This document shows positions 25,819 through 64,000 of a stretch of DNA of 64,000 bases, piece after piece (within the stretch, counting starts at the first letter, position 1; each line of letters opens with the position of its first letter). Both the position numbers and the translations under genes were made by a program. Origin of the DNA: Macrostomum lignano (lineage: Eukaryota); assembly GCA_002269645.1 (NCBI GenBank), contig NIVC01000378.1, positions 1-64,000 of the forward strand, in the 5' to 3' direction. Under the pieces are notes generated by a model. The model saw only the letters and a list, made by a program, of their open reading frames with translations, made no database searches and was not told where the DNA came from.

Positions 25819-26937
25819 ATGCAGCCAGCGGTTATCAAGACCGACTGCGATGATAGCTTTTTCAACGCCACGCATCACCCAAGCAGAGCTCTACTGGCTG
25901 TCACAGGCAGTCTGGCAATTCTTCAGGGCATCCTGCTGCTCTGCGGAGTTTGCTGCAACACAATCGGCTACTTGGCTCTGCGATCGAGCCCGCTGTCAGC
26001 TGACTTAGCCAGCCAGTTCCGGGCTCTGGTCATTGGCGATCAGTTCTTTCTATTGTTCAACCTGTTGGACACGTTGATTCACCTGGTGGAAAATCTCGGC
26101 CCGGTAGAGTCGCCAATACCTCTCCTGATCGCGGCCTGGTCGCATCCCATTGTCTGGGCTCTGCGCACCAGCGTGTTCAGCTTCCACAGCTGGACAATGG
26201 CTTTGCTGAGCCTCATCAAGTGCGTTAAAGTGACGCAACCCTGGCGCAGAGGGAATCAGCCTCGGTTGATGCGTCTGCTAACGTCGGCGGCTTTGATCTA
26301 CAGTTTCGCTAGCAACTGCCCGGCCATAGCGCTGTTCACGAACTTCAGCGTCACCTACATGGCCAGGTGCGACGATGGCTTCAGACTGGCCAGCAAGGCC
26401 TACCTAATCAAGGAAACTAACGACAGCACCACCGACCGCTTGGATCTGAAATCGATGGCTTCGCCAATATTCTTAGCCGTGAATGTGACAGCGCTACCAG
26501 TGCTGCTCACCCTGGTCTGCAATCTCATCACTCTGTGCCGGCTTCGCGAACGATCTGGCGGTCTGAGAGGCCCCGGCAGCGGCCGGGTGATGCTGGCGCT
26601 GCTGCAGCAGAGAAGCGCCCAGGCCACGCGAACTATTCTAATCCGCACTAATACGTTCTTGGCTTTTCAAGCGCCCGTGCTCATTTGGACACTGATGGAC
26701 ACGTGGGTCTGGGCCCAGCTGGAGCCGTCAACCTTTTGCTGCCTGGTGGTAATCAGCAACACGCTCAGTCAGGCCTTCTTCGCCACCAGCTTCCTGGTCT
26801 GCGTTCGATGCGACCGCGGCCTTCGGCGTCGTTTCGTCCAGACAGCATCAGCTTGCGTTCCGGCCTCCGCCGTCGCCTGCCTCGACAGAAACAGGCCGGC
26901 GCCGAACCAGTTGCCAATGACAACAAACGGTCGCTAG
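25819..26937 (+). CDS. Divergent class A (rhodopsin-like) 7TM GPCR, single coding exon, 372 aa
   Basis: Seven hydrophobic segments are present. TM1 has GVCCN, TM2 has ALVIGD, TM3 has SFHSWTMALLSLIKC at the DRY position, TM5 has LPVLLTLVCN and TM6 has FLAFQAP. This resembles invertebrate peptide/chemoreceptor-like GPCRs. Confidence 0.88.
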   Translation: MQPAVIKTDCDDSFFNATHHPSRALLAVTGSLAILQGILLLCGVCCNTIGYLALRSSPLSADLASQFRALVIGDQFFLLFNLLDTLIHLVENLGPVESPIPLLIAAWSHPIVWALRTSVFSFHSWTMALLSLIKCVKVTQPWRRGNQPRLMRLLTSAALIYSFASNCPAIALFTNFSVTYMARCDDGFRLASKAYLIKETNDSTTDRLDLKSMASPIFLAVNVTALPVLLTLVCNLITLCRLRERSGGLRGPGSGRVMLALLQQRSAQATRTILIRTNTFLAFQAPVLIWTLMDTWVWAQLEPSTFCCLVVISNTLSQAFFATSFLVCVRCDRGLRRRFVQTASACVPASAVACLDRNRPAPNQLPMTTNGR

Positions 26938-28469
26938 GCGTTGCCTAATGCTCGGCGCAAGTAAAACACCGAATATTGAAACGTCATGGAAAATAATACA
27001 AAAAAACAATTTGACGACTTTCATTTTTGTCGGCACGATCGAAAAAGACCTTGGATATTTTTAGCTGCTTCTTCGTGCTGCTCTTGGAATTTTGAAGTAT
27101 CTCATTTTCTGCTTTCAGTTAATTGCATAATTATTTTATTACTCTATTTTATGTTATTTATAAAGATTACATTTAACATCGACTGTTACTAAGAAGCGCC
27201 CTTGATTGATTTACATATATAGCCAGGATAAATGCATAATTTGTGAGTCTCATTGATCAAAACTTACATTTACGTTTTTTCTTTACTCGTTGGACTTTGA
27301 TGATAATTTAATCTCAAAGTTTGCTTACATCTAGCTATTGCCCTTGCAATGTACATGTAGGAGCGTAAGATATTTAATATCTGAATTTTTATTCATTGTT
27401 AATCGTTTAGAAAGATTTGGCCTCGCCCTTTTACCTACTGGCTATCCACAGGAATCGCGGGTCCTGCTACAGCTCGCAAACTCTATACGTACACAACTCA
27501 AAAAGGAAGTTCGCTGACAAACTGAGTTATAACTTATGTAGTATAATGTAGCTAGCGTTTTAATTACAATACATACCTGGCCAACTTGCACAACGAAGCA
27601 GGGAACGCAGGAAATGAATAGCTGGCCTTGGACACTCCCTCGAGAGTAAAGGTTCATTTCCCTTCTCGAGTCGCAGCAGTTCTCAGCGCGGGACACGCTG
27701 ACACATTTGTAGGCAGACACCCGTGCATGCAGCTCGCCAAAGATGAAGCCTTGCAGCATCCCTAATATGGTCGGACATCCTTTTTGAAGATATTTTTCAG
27801 CGCCAAAGCAGCCGGAGAGTCGATGAGGACAGAGTGCCAGCTAGTTCAGCAGGAACACGTCAGACTCTCTGACCATTTATTCTTGATTGATTTATGCTGA
27901 TGAAGGTTTGTGAAAATGAGTAAGTCAGGGCCGCTGTACACCCGTGTAAATCGTGCGCAAGCTCCTCTACGAACTGACTAACCGGGAAATGCATACACGA
28001 GCTTGCAGCTGAGCACACAAACAAAAGCTTAGTTGAGTATACTCTGCTTGAACATCGGCTTTCGTCGATTCTATCCATGCAAACCTCCTGATGCCTAAAT
28101 TGAATTCCTCTGTCCAACCGTTCTAGTACATCGTTTTTTCTCGTTTTTCCCCAGGATCGCGATCGGGAAGTAATAATTTTCTAATACCGGAACATTTTCA
28201 TTTGATTTCGCGAAGAATAAATGGCCTGATTGAAAAAAAGGTTTTGAGTATACAGCTATAAAACATGTACTATAGACTTTTAAGTAAGAAAAAATATGTG
28301 CAAAAAAGTGAATTTAGAACTCATTCAGTGGGCGCGACCCATGCGATGAGTCGCATGGACAAAAAAATGAAACAGGTAGCCAAGCTCGACAAATGAGCTC
28401 AAACTTTTGTTGCCACCCTCAATTAAACGTGGCATTCACCGGCTTAGGTGACAGGGACATGGGGACACC

Positions 28470-29185
28470 CTCCAAGAGACAGTGACGCACACCAAGAGAC
28501 GGGGCGCCCTCCAAAAGACACTAAGTGACAGGGGCACCTTTCAAGAGAGGGGAGTGCTCACCAAGAGATAGGGGTGCCCTCCAAGAGACAGGGGCACCCA
28601 CCAAGAGACAGGGGTGCCCACCAAGAGACAGGGGCACCCACCAAGAGACAGGGGTGCCCTCCAAGAGACAGGGGCACCCACCAAGAGACAGGGGCGCCCA
28701 CCAAGAGACAGGGGTGCCCACCAAGAGACAGGGGTGCCCTCCAAGAGACAGGGGCACCCACCAAGAGACAGGGGCGCCCACCAAGAGACAGGGGTGCCCA
28801 CCAAGAGACAGGGGAGCCCACCAAGAGACAGGGGCGCCCACCAAAAGACAGGGGAGCCCACCAAGAGACAGGGGAGCCCTCCAAGGGACAGGGGCGCCCA
28901 CCAAGAGACAGGGGAGCCCACCAAGAGACAGGGGTGCCCACCAAGAGACAGGGGTGCCCACCAAAAGACAGGGGTGCCCACCAAGAGACAGTGGCGCCCA
29001 CCAAGAGACAGGGGTGCCCACCAAGAGACAGTGGCGCCCACCAAGAGACAGTGGCACCCACCAAGAGACAGGGGTGCCCACCAAGAGACAGTGGTGCCCA
29101 CCAAGAGACAGTGGCACCCACCAAGAGACAGTGGCACCCACCAAAAGACAGTGGCACCCACCAAGAGACAGTGGCGCTTACCAAG
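28470..29185. repeat. 20-bp minisatellite (CCACCAAGAGACAGGGGTGC)n
   Basis: About 35 copies. An inverted array of the same family lies at 38300-38740. Confidence 0.96.
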
Positions 29186-31174
29186 CCAGCAACATCGGCG
29201 CCTTTAGAGTTTCGGCCCCTTCCAGTAAACATTCCTGGGACGAAACTCAACTGATATCTTCACTAGAGCGTCATAAAGGTTTTAAGAAGGCTTCTAAAGT
29301 GGAACAGTAATTATCTTTATTACCTTGTGTCTTCAGTTCATAAAAGCTGAAACTTTCTGGGTACGCGTAAAGCCATGCAACTTCAAAAGCATCGTTGAGT
29401 GACGAAATCTTTGCGTGAATTAGTCACACACTGCTCAGTGCCGAGCGAGCAACGCTAATTACTGCTTAAAACCCAAACGATTTTCTTAGTTCAAAGCAAT
29501 TCAGCTTGCATTCTAGACTTTTTATAGGCGTTCCATGAGACACAATGAGGTCGTAAATGGATTTCGACTTTGTAATTGTTTGCTATATAAAAAGTACTTA
29601 GAAGCTGAATATGACCAGAGGATTATAGATCAATAATCGTATCTTAATGTACTTTTACACATTATTCTGATGACAGCCTGATTCAAAGTAGTTTTGAATA
29701 GTTTGTTTTATTATTAACTATTAAAAATCCATGAAAATGATGCATTGATATACTGGTATTTAAGGCATCTCCATTTCAGAGCATAGACAGCTGAAGTAGA
29801 ATGTGCCACGTTTCCACCCTTCAGACGAAGAGCAACCCGAAAAAAATCCCAACTTGGAAACTTCACAAAAAGACAGTGCGTTAGCGAGGTCACCCACTGA
29901 CATCATCAGAGCTAAAAATAAATCGACAAATAATCAAGAAGATCCCAAAAGCGTACAATTTCTTTTCAGCAAATGTTGTAGTAGTAGAGCCGTGGCTAAA
30001 TACCATTCACCCTTGAAGTTCAAGTGACGGCAGGCAGTTCTACTTGAAGCTAATATATGTAAAAAAATATCGCTAAACAGCAGAGAAACAGGCAGAGTAA
30101 ATATTTAGCCAAACCAACACTTGACGGTAAGAAATTTTAAACAAATAAACTCATCCATCTATAGCAGAAATGTTTAGCTATTGGGCGCTTATATAAAATG
30201 AAAACAAAAGTTTAACTTTATTAACAGAATATACATAATGTATTAGTAGATAATATTATGCAAAGTCTCCAGCAGCATCAAGTGCTTTCTTTAGCCGACT
30301 ATTTTGTACACATTTTTACACCTCGGCCGCGAGGCCGCGGGATCGCAGCCGCGATCACGGGAAAGACAGAATATTTGTGTTGAAATTTTCAAATCGAACG
30401 CGTACTCAAAACAAAATGAAAAAAACAAAACTCCAAGCAATCTTCTCTCTAATTGAGCTTTGAGAACTATACTCATAGGTTGCGTGCAAATATTGACTTG
30501 TTGACTTGAGACATCGGAGCATCTTTATGCAATATGCTTCACTTGATAAACGAAACAATCATGCATTGCTTGGCACCACAGTAAGTACATTTAATGTTTG
30601 GTACATATTGTAGGAACAGGAATATGAGATCATCTCTCGCACGATATTAAGCGTTTGAAAGAATCTATTTTTCTTATTCCTGCCTTTATTGCTACAGATT
30701 TTCTATAGAATAAATCAAACTTTTTACTCCCACTGACGACAATTGTTTTCAACTTTGTTGATTATAACCTTTCTTTGATAGGTAATATTTTAAATATAGC
30801 AATTATTTGCGCAATAAAAAATACTAAACTAAGTACGCTACTAGTAGTAATACTACTGGCGCACTTGGTAGAGGTGCAGTGGGTTTGATATACTGCCTGC
30901 TATTAGGGGAGAGAGAAAGCAACAATAGTAAGGACTGAGTATAGGGATCAACGCTTTTTGAAAGACTTCCATTGTTTCTTCATTTTTTATGGAATTTTCC
31001 ATAATTCCATGGGATAACGCTTTCACCTCTTAGGAAAGTTAATTTTTTTGACCAACCTGCCCAACACTGTAAACCAGTATATGAATTCAGAAATACTGTC
31101 AATAGACAATAATACTATTCATGATCGCAATCTTGTACTGTTAGTAGACTAAGCTGGAAATATACGCCTTTTCT

Positions 31175-58926
<27,752 letters not shown>

Positions 58927-59329
58927 CTGAAAGCAAGCACAGTAAGCAGTATTGCAATAGCATAACCAGTGTAGAGATTCTCTCGGCAATTCCGCAATCT
59001 AACGCTTAAATCTACACAACTGTAATCGATTTACATTTAGAATTTTCGATAAAAAGGCGAGCCGCAGGAAACATTTATGCAAACTATTTAGTAAGCCGAT
59101 GTTATTAAAGCCTACAGAGAGGCGCATTTTAAAAGTACATTAGTTCAACGTTAAGCGAAGTGCTCACCGCTCAAAATACGCATTTCTGTGCCCGGTTTGA
59201 TTAGCAGAATCTGCCGGCTTATCTTGCCAACTGGAATTAACGAAATTTTTAAATGATTGAATTGAATTTTGCAATTGAGCTGTTAAATTCATTTATTCAA
59301 GTCATGGACAACTCTAAAGTACAAGATAG

Positions 59330-59620
59330 GACATGTCAAGTGACGAGTGACAAGTGACAATTTAAAGTGACAAGTGACAAGTGATAAGTTAGAGGTGACA
59401 ATTAAAAAAGTGACAAGTGACAAGTGAGAAGTGACAACCACAATTGACACGGGATAAGTTGCAAGGAACATGTGACAAGTGACAAAGTGACAATTAAGTG
59501 AACAGTGACAAATGATAAGTGACAAGTGACAAGTTATAACTGCCGAGTGACAAGTGACAAGTGACAAGTGACAATCATTAGTGGTACGTGATAAGTTGCA
59601 AGAGACAAGTGGCAATAATT
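59330..59620. repeat. Degenerate (AAGTGAC)n heptamer repeat
   Basis: GTGACAA recurs throughout. Confidence 0.85.
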
Positions 59621-60359
59621 ACGGTTTCATGAGTTTTGACAGTCAAGCTGAGACAAAGCTTAGCTGGGACAAGCATAGCAGCGCTGTCTATGGTCAAACT
59701 AGGCGTCCAACTCCCCCCTCGTCAGATTCTTCAACCATAATGGTAAGGCCATAGACAGCTGGAACTATTGTACGGCTTTGAACAGTAGAAAAACACTGCG
59801 CGTCGTTATTATATAATTAGAAATCATAACAAATAGAAAACCCTAAGCTAAGCTAAGTCAAGGCTAAGTCAATTAGAAAACCCTGCTGAATTTTGTGAAT
59901 TGGTAATTCAAAGAAAAGTTTGAGAAGAGCAGAACCCACTTCCTATCTCGCTACTGTATTTTGCAACTGATAAACAGCCTCCATGAAAAATTGCAGCATC
60001 TCTCTGCATAAACTGTCGATGGGTCTACGAGGCATTAGACAGACAGACAAATTGCAATAACTGCTTTGCACTTGCCAGCACCAGGGATATGTGAAAGAGA
60101 TGCTCGACAAAGGAAAGAAAATTACTTTCCAAAAATGGCGAACAGCCCCTAGGAATAATCCTGGTGAGTCTTGCCAAAGCAGACTTCGAAATTTGAACTC
60201 GAAAAGGTGGATTCATTAAGGGATTCGTCAGGAGCAGCCGGCTTAGGTAAACACTCAGGAGGCGGGATGCAGGGATTTTGTGTGAGATAAATTGACGGGA
60301 AAACACGGCAGGAACGAATCGGTTTGGGTTAGGAGAGGTAAACATTTAAAGATTATAAG

Positions 60360-63260
60360 TGAGTGAGAGGAAGGGAGAGAAGGAGAGGAAGATGGGGAGA
60401 GAGGGAGACATGAAGATACGGAGAGAGGAGATGGAAACAGGGTGAGAGGGAGACAGGGAGAGGGGAGGGAGGGCGAGAGGGAGGGGAGATGGAGAGAGGG
60501 AGGAGGGAGAGAGGGAGGGGAGAACAGGGAGAGAGGGAGACAGGAAGAGAGGGAGACAGGGAGAGAGGGAGACAGGGAGAGAGGGAGAGAGGGAGAGAGG
60601 GAGAGAGGGAGACAGGAAGAGAGGGAGAGAGGGAGAGAGGGAGAGAGGGAGGGAGGGAGAGAGGGAGAGAGGGAGAGAGGGAGAGAGGGAGACAGGAAGA
60701 GAGGGAGAGAGGGAGAGAGGGAGAGAGGGAGACAGGAAGAGAGGGAGACAGGGAGAGAGGGAGACAGGGAGAGAGGGAGAGAGGGAGAGAGGGAGAGAGG
60801 GAGACAGGAAGAGAGGGAGACAGGGAGAGAGAGAGACAGGGAGAGAGGGAGAGAGGGAGAGAGGGAGAGAGGGAGACAGGAAGAGAGGGAGACAGGGAGA
60901 GAGAGAGAGAGGGAGAGAGGGAGAGAGGGAGAGAGGGAGAGAGAGAGAGAGGGAGACAGGAAGAGAGGGAGACAGGAAGAGAGGGAGAGAGGGAGAGAGG
61001 GAGAGAGGGAGAGAGGGAGAGAGGGAGAGAGGGAGAGAGGGAGAGAGGGCGACAGGAAGAGAGGGAGACAGGAAGAGAGGGAGAGAGGAAGAGAGGGAGA
61101 CAGGAAGAGAGGGAGACAGGAAGAGAGGGAGAGAGGGAGAGAGGGAGACAGGAAGAGAGGGAGACAGGAAGAGAGGGAGACAGGGAGAGAGGGAGAGAGG
61201 GAGAGAGGGAGAGAGGGAGAGAGGGAGACAGGAAGAGAGGGAGAGAGGGAGAGAGGGAGAGAGGGAGAGAGGGAGAGAGGGAGACAGGAAGAGAGGGAGA
61301 CAGGAAGAGAGGGAGACAGGAAGAGAGGGAGACAGGAAGAGAGGGAGACAGGGAGAGAGGGAGACAGGAAGAGAGGGAGACAGGAAGAGAGGGAGAGAGG
61401 GAGAGAGGGAGAGAGGGAGAGAGGGAGAGAGGGAGACAGGAAGAGAGGGAGACAGGAAGAGAGGGAGAGAGGGAGAGAGGGAGAGAGGGAGAGAGGGAGA
61501 GAGGGAGACAGGAAGAGAGGGAGACAGGAAGAGAGGGAGACAGGGAGAGAGGGAGAGAGGGAGAGAGGGAGAGAGGGAGAGAGGGAGAGAGGGAGACAGG
61601 AAGAGAGGGAGACAGGGAGAGAGAGAGACAGGGAGAGAGAGAGACAGGGAGAGAGGGAGAGAGGGAGAGAGGGAGAGAGGGAGACAGGAAGAGAGAGAGA
61701 GAGGGAGAGAGAGAGAGAGGGAGAGAGGGAGAGAGGGAGAGAGGGAGACAGGAAGAGAGGGAGACAGGAAGAGAGGGAGAGAGGGAGACAGGAGAGAGGG
61801 AGAGAGGGAGAGAGAGAGAGGGAGAGAGGGAGAGAGGGAGAGAGGAGAGAGAGGGCGACAGGAAGAGAGGGAGACAGGAAGAGAGGGAGAGAGGAAGAGA
61901 GGGAGACAGGAAGAGAGGGAGACAGGAAGAGAGGGAGACAGGAAGAGAGGGAGACAGGAAGAGAGGGAGACAGGAAGAGAGGGAGAGAGGGAGAGAGGGA
62001 GAGAGGGAGAGAGGGAGAGAGGGAGACAGGAAGAGAGGGAGACAGGAAGAGAGGGAGACAGGAAGAGAGGGAGACAGGAAGAGAGGGAGACAGGGAGAGA
62101 GGGAGACAGGAAGAGTGGGAGACAGGAAGAGAGGGAGACAGGAAGAGAGGGAGACAGGGAGAGAGGGAGACAGGAAGAGAGGGAGACAGGAAGAGAGGGA
62201 GAGAGGGAGAGAGGGAGAGAGGGAGAGAGGGAGACAGGAAGAGAGGGAGACAGGGAGAGAGGGAGACAGGGAGAGAGGGAGACAGGAAGAGAGGGAGAGA
62301 GGGAGACAGGGAGAGAGGGAGAGAGGGAGAGAGGGAGACAGGAAGAGAGGGAGACAGGGAGAGAGGGAGAGAGGGAGAGAGGAGAGAGGGAGAGAGGAGA
62401 GAGGGAGACAGGAAGAGAGGGAGACAGGAAGAGAGGGAGACAGGAAGAGAGGGAGACAGGGAGAGAGGGAGACAGGAAGAGAGGGAGACAGGAAGAGAGG
62501 GAGAGAGGGAGAGAGGGAGACAGGAAGAGAGGGAGAGAGGGAGAGAGGGAGACAGGAAGAGAGGGAGACAGGAAGAGAGGGAGAGAGGGAGAGAGGGAGA
62601 GAGGGAGAGAGGGAGACAGGAAGAGAGGGAGACAGGAAGAGAGGGAGACAGGAAGAGAGGGAGACAGGAAGAGAGGGAGACAGGAAGAGAGGGAGACAGG
62701 AAGAGAAGGAGACAGGGAGAGAGGGAGACAGGAAGAGAGGGAGACAGGGAGAGAGGGAGAGAGGGAGAGAGGGAGAGAGGGAGAGAGGGAGACAGGAAGA
62801 GAGGGAGACAGGGAGAGAGGGAGGGAGGGAGAGAGGGAGAGAGGGAGAGAGGGAGAGAGGGAGACAGGAAGAGAGGAGACAGGGAGAGAGAGAGAGGGAG
62901 AGAGGGAGAGAGGGAGAGAGGAGAGAGAGGGAGAGGGAGACAGGAAGAGAGGGAGACAGGAAGAGAGGGAGAGAGGGAGAGAGGGAGAGAGGAGAGAGGG
63001 AGAGAGGGAGAGAGGGAGACAGGAAGAGAGGGAGACAGGAAGAGAGGGAGACAGGGAGAGAGGGAGAGAGGGAGAGAGGGAGAGAGGGAGACAGGAAGAG
63101 AGGGAGATAGGGAGAGAGGGAGAGAGGGAGAGAGGGAGAGAGGGAGACAGGAAGAGAGGGAGAGTGGGAGAGAGGGAGAGAGGGAGAGAGGGAGACAGGA
63201 AGAGAGGGAGATAGGGAGAGAGGGAGACAGGAAGACAGGGAGAGAGGGAGGGGAGCTATA
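60360..63260. repeat. 2.9-kb polypurine (GA-rich) satellite of 10-bp units GAGAGAGGGA/GACAGGAAGA/GACAGGGAGA
   Basis: Directly visible, with almost no T on the plus strand. It explains the 873-1029 aa ORFs. Confidence 0.98.
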
Positions 63261-63825
63261 AGAAGGAGAGGTAGTCATAAATGCAAAGAGAGTGTGGAGA
63301 ACAGAGGGGAGCCAGAGGCCCTGCTTCAACGAATGCGGGAACAACAGGCACTTTGCGCTAACAAAATAGAGCCTTGGCTTTAGTAGCCAAATAGAGCCTT
63401 GGCTTTACTAGCCAAATAGAATAACTTGGCTTGAAGCGTACAGGTCGGCAAAACAGCAATATGATTATGAATGACCAAAAAAAACTTAAGCAGACTCATA
63501 CAGAACGCCTGCACACAGGACAGTTTGCTAATTAAATTACTGACTACAAGCCAAGTTCCTTCTAGCGACTTAGCTATACTGAACATAATAGTGGAATAGT
63601 AATCATACATCAACTGAAGCGAATGACGCCGTCCCACAGTTTCACACCTTTCATAGCCATAAAAATATGAAACCTTACAGAGCGTCGAGATTTACGATGT
63701 TGGGAACAGAGGAATTTTTAAATTGGGCTACCATTTTCGGCTTTTTAAATAAAACACTGCTAGCTGGTAGAGTGCGAGGCGGTAACGAATCTCACGAGCT
63801 CTACTCAGCTCTACTCTACCTGGGG

Positions 63826-64000
63826 CAAAATGAAATGGTGCCCCTCTCAAATGAAATGGCGCCCCTCTCAAATGAAATGGCGCCCCTATCAAATAAAATG
63901 GCGCCCCTCTCAAATAAAATGGCGCCCCTCTCAAATAAAATGGCGACCCCTTTCAAATAAAATGGCGACCCCTCTCAAATAAAATGGCGCCCCTCTCAAA
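63826..64000. repeat. 21-bp minisatellite (AAAATGGCGCCCCTCTCAAAT)n running off the window end
   Basis: About 8 copies are visible. Confidence 0.93.

Noticed and set aside
27896-27920. Hammerhead ribozyme core CTGATGA...GAAA (also in the Unc13 exon near 48880)
   Set aside because: No stem II can form between the motifs and there are no flanking stems.
60255-63344. 873-1029 aa ORFs (SLP- or ERG-rich)
   Set aside because: Stop-free by composition of the GA satellite.
58927-64000. Unc13 N-terminal C2A exon
   Set aside because: No C2A-like translation found on the minus strand; it is either outside the window or absent.

Overview
Eukaryotic, intron-rich and very satellite-rich animal DNA. A Macrostomum-like flatworm is my inference from gene content, small introns and repeat load; it is not proven. 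Plus strand, built by hand from splice sites: a 3-exon FMC1 homolog (8773-12741, absent from the ORF track), intronless RBX1 (14861-15184), a 2-exon ZIP/SLC39 zinc transporter (16716-19639) and a divergent single-exon rhodopsin-type GPCR (25819-26937). Minus strand: an orphan secreted-protein gene whose ATG appears split by an intron (3071-4127), and a large Unc13/Munc13 gene (31175 to at least 58926). The 21 Unc13 exons of the CaM-site isoform join in frame, and a 618-codon alternative first exon gives a second N-terminus. The rest is a TIR DNA transposon with a 2-bp TSD, an RTE-like LINE remnant, tRNA-derived SINEs and about 20 micro/minisatellite arrays that account for most long ORFs in the track. 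Best hypotheses: (1) FMC1-RBX1-ZIP is a trans-spliced operon with satellite-inflated spacers; (2) Unc13 has A/B-type N-termini with a coding minisatellite and a Cys cluster; (3) a 42-bp intronic array is made of repeated splice-signal units; (4) inverted SINE pairs bracket Unc13 MUN exons.
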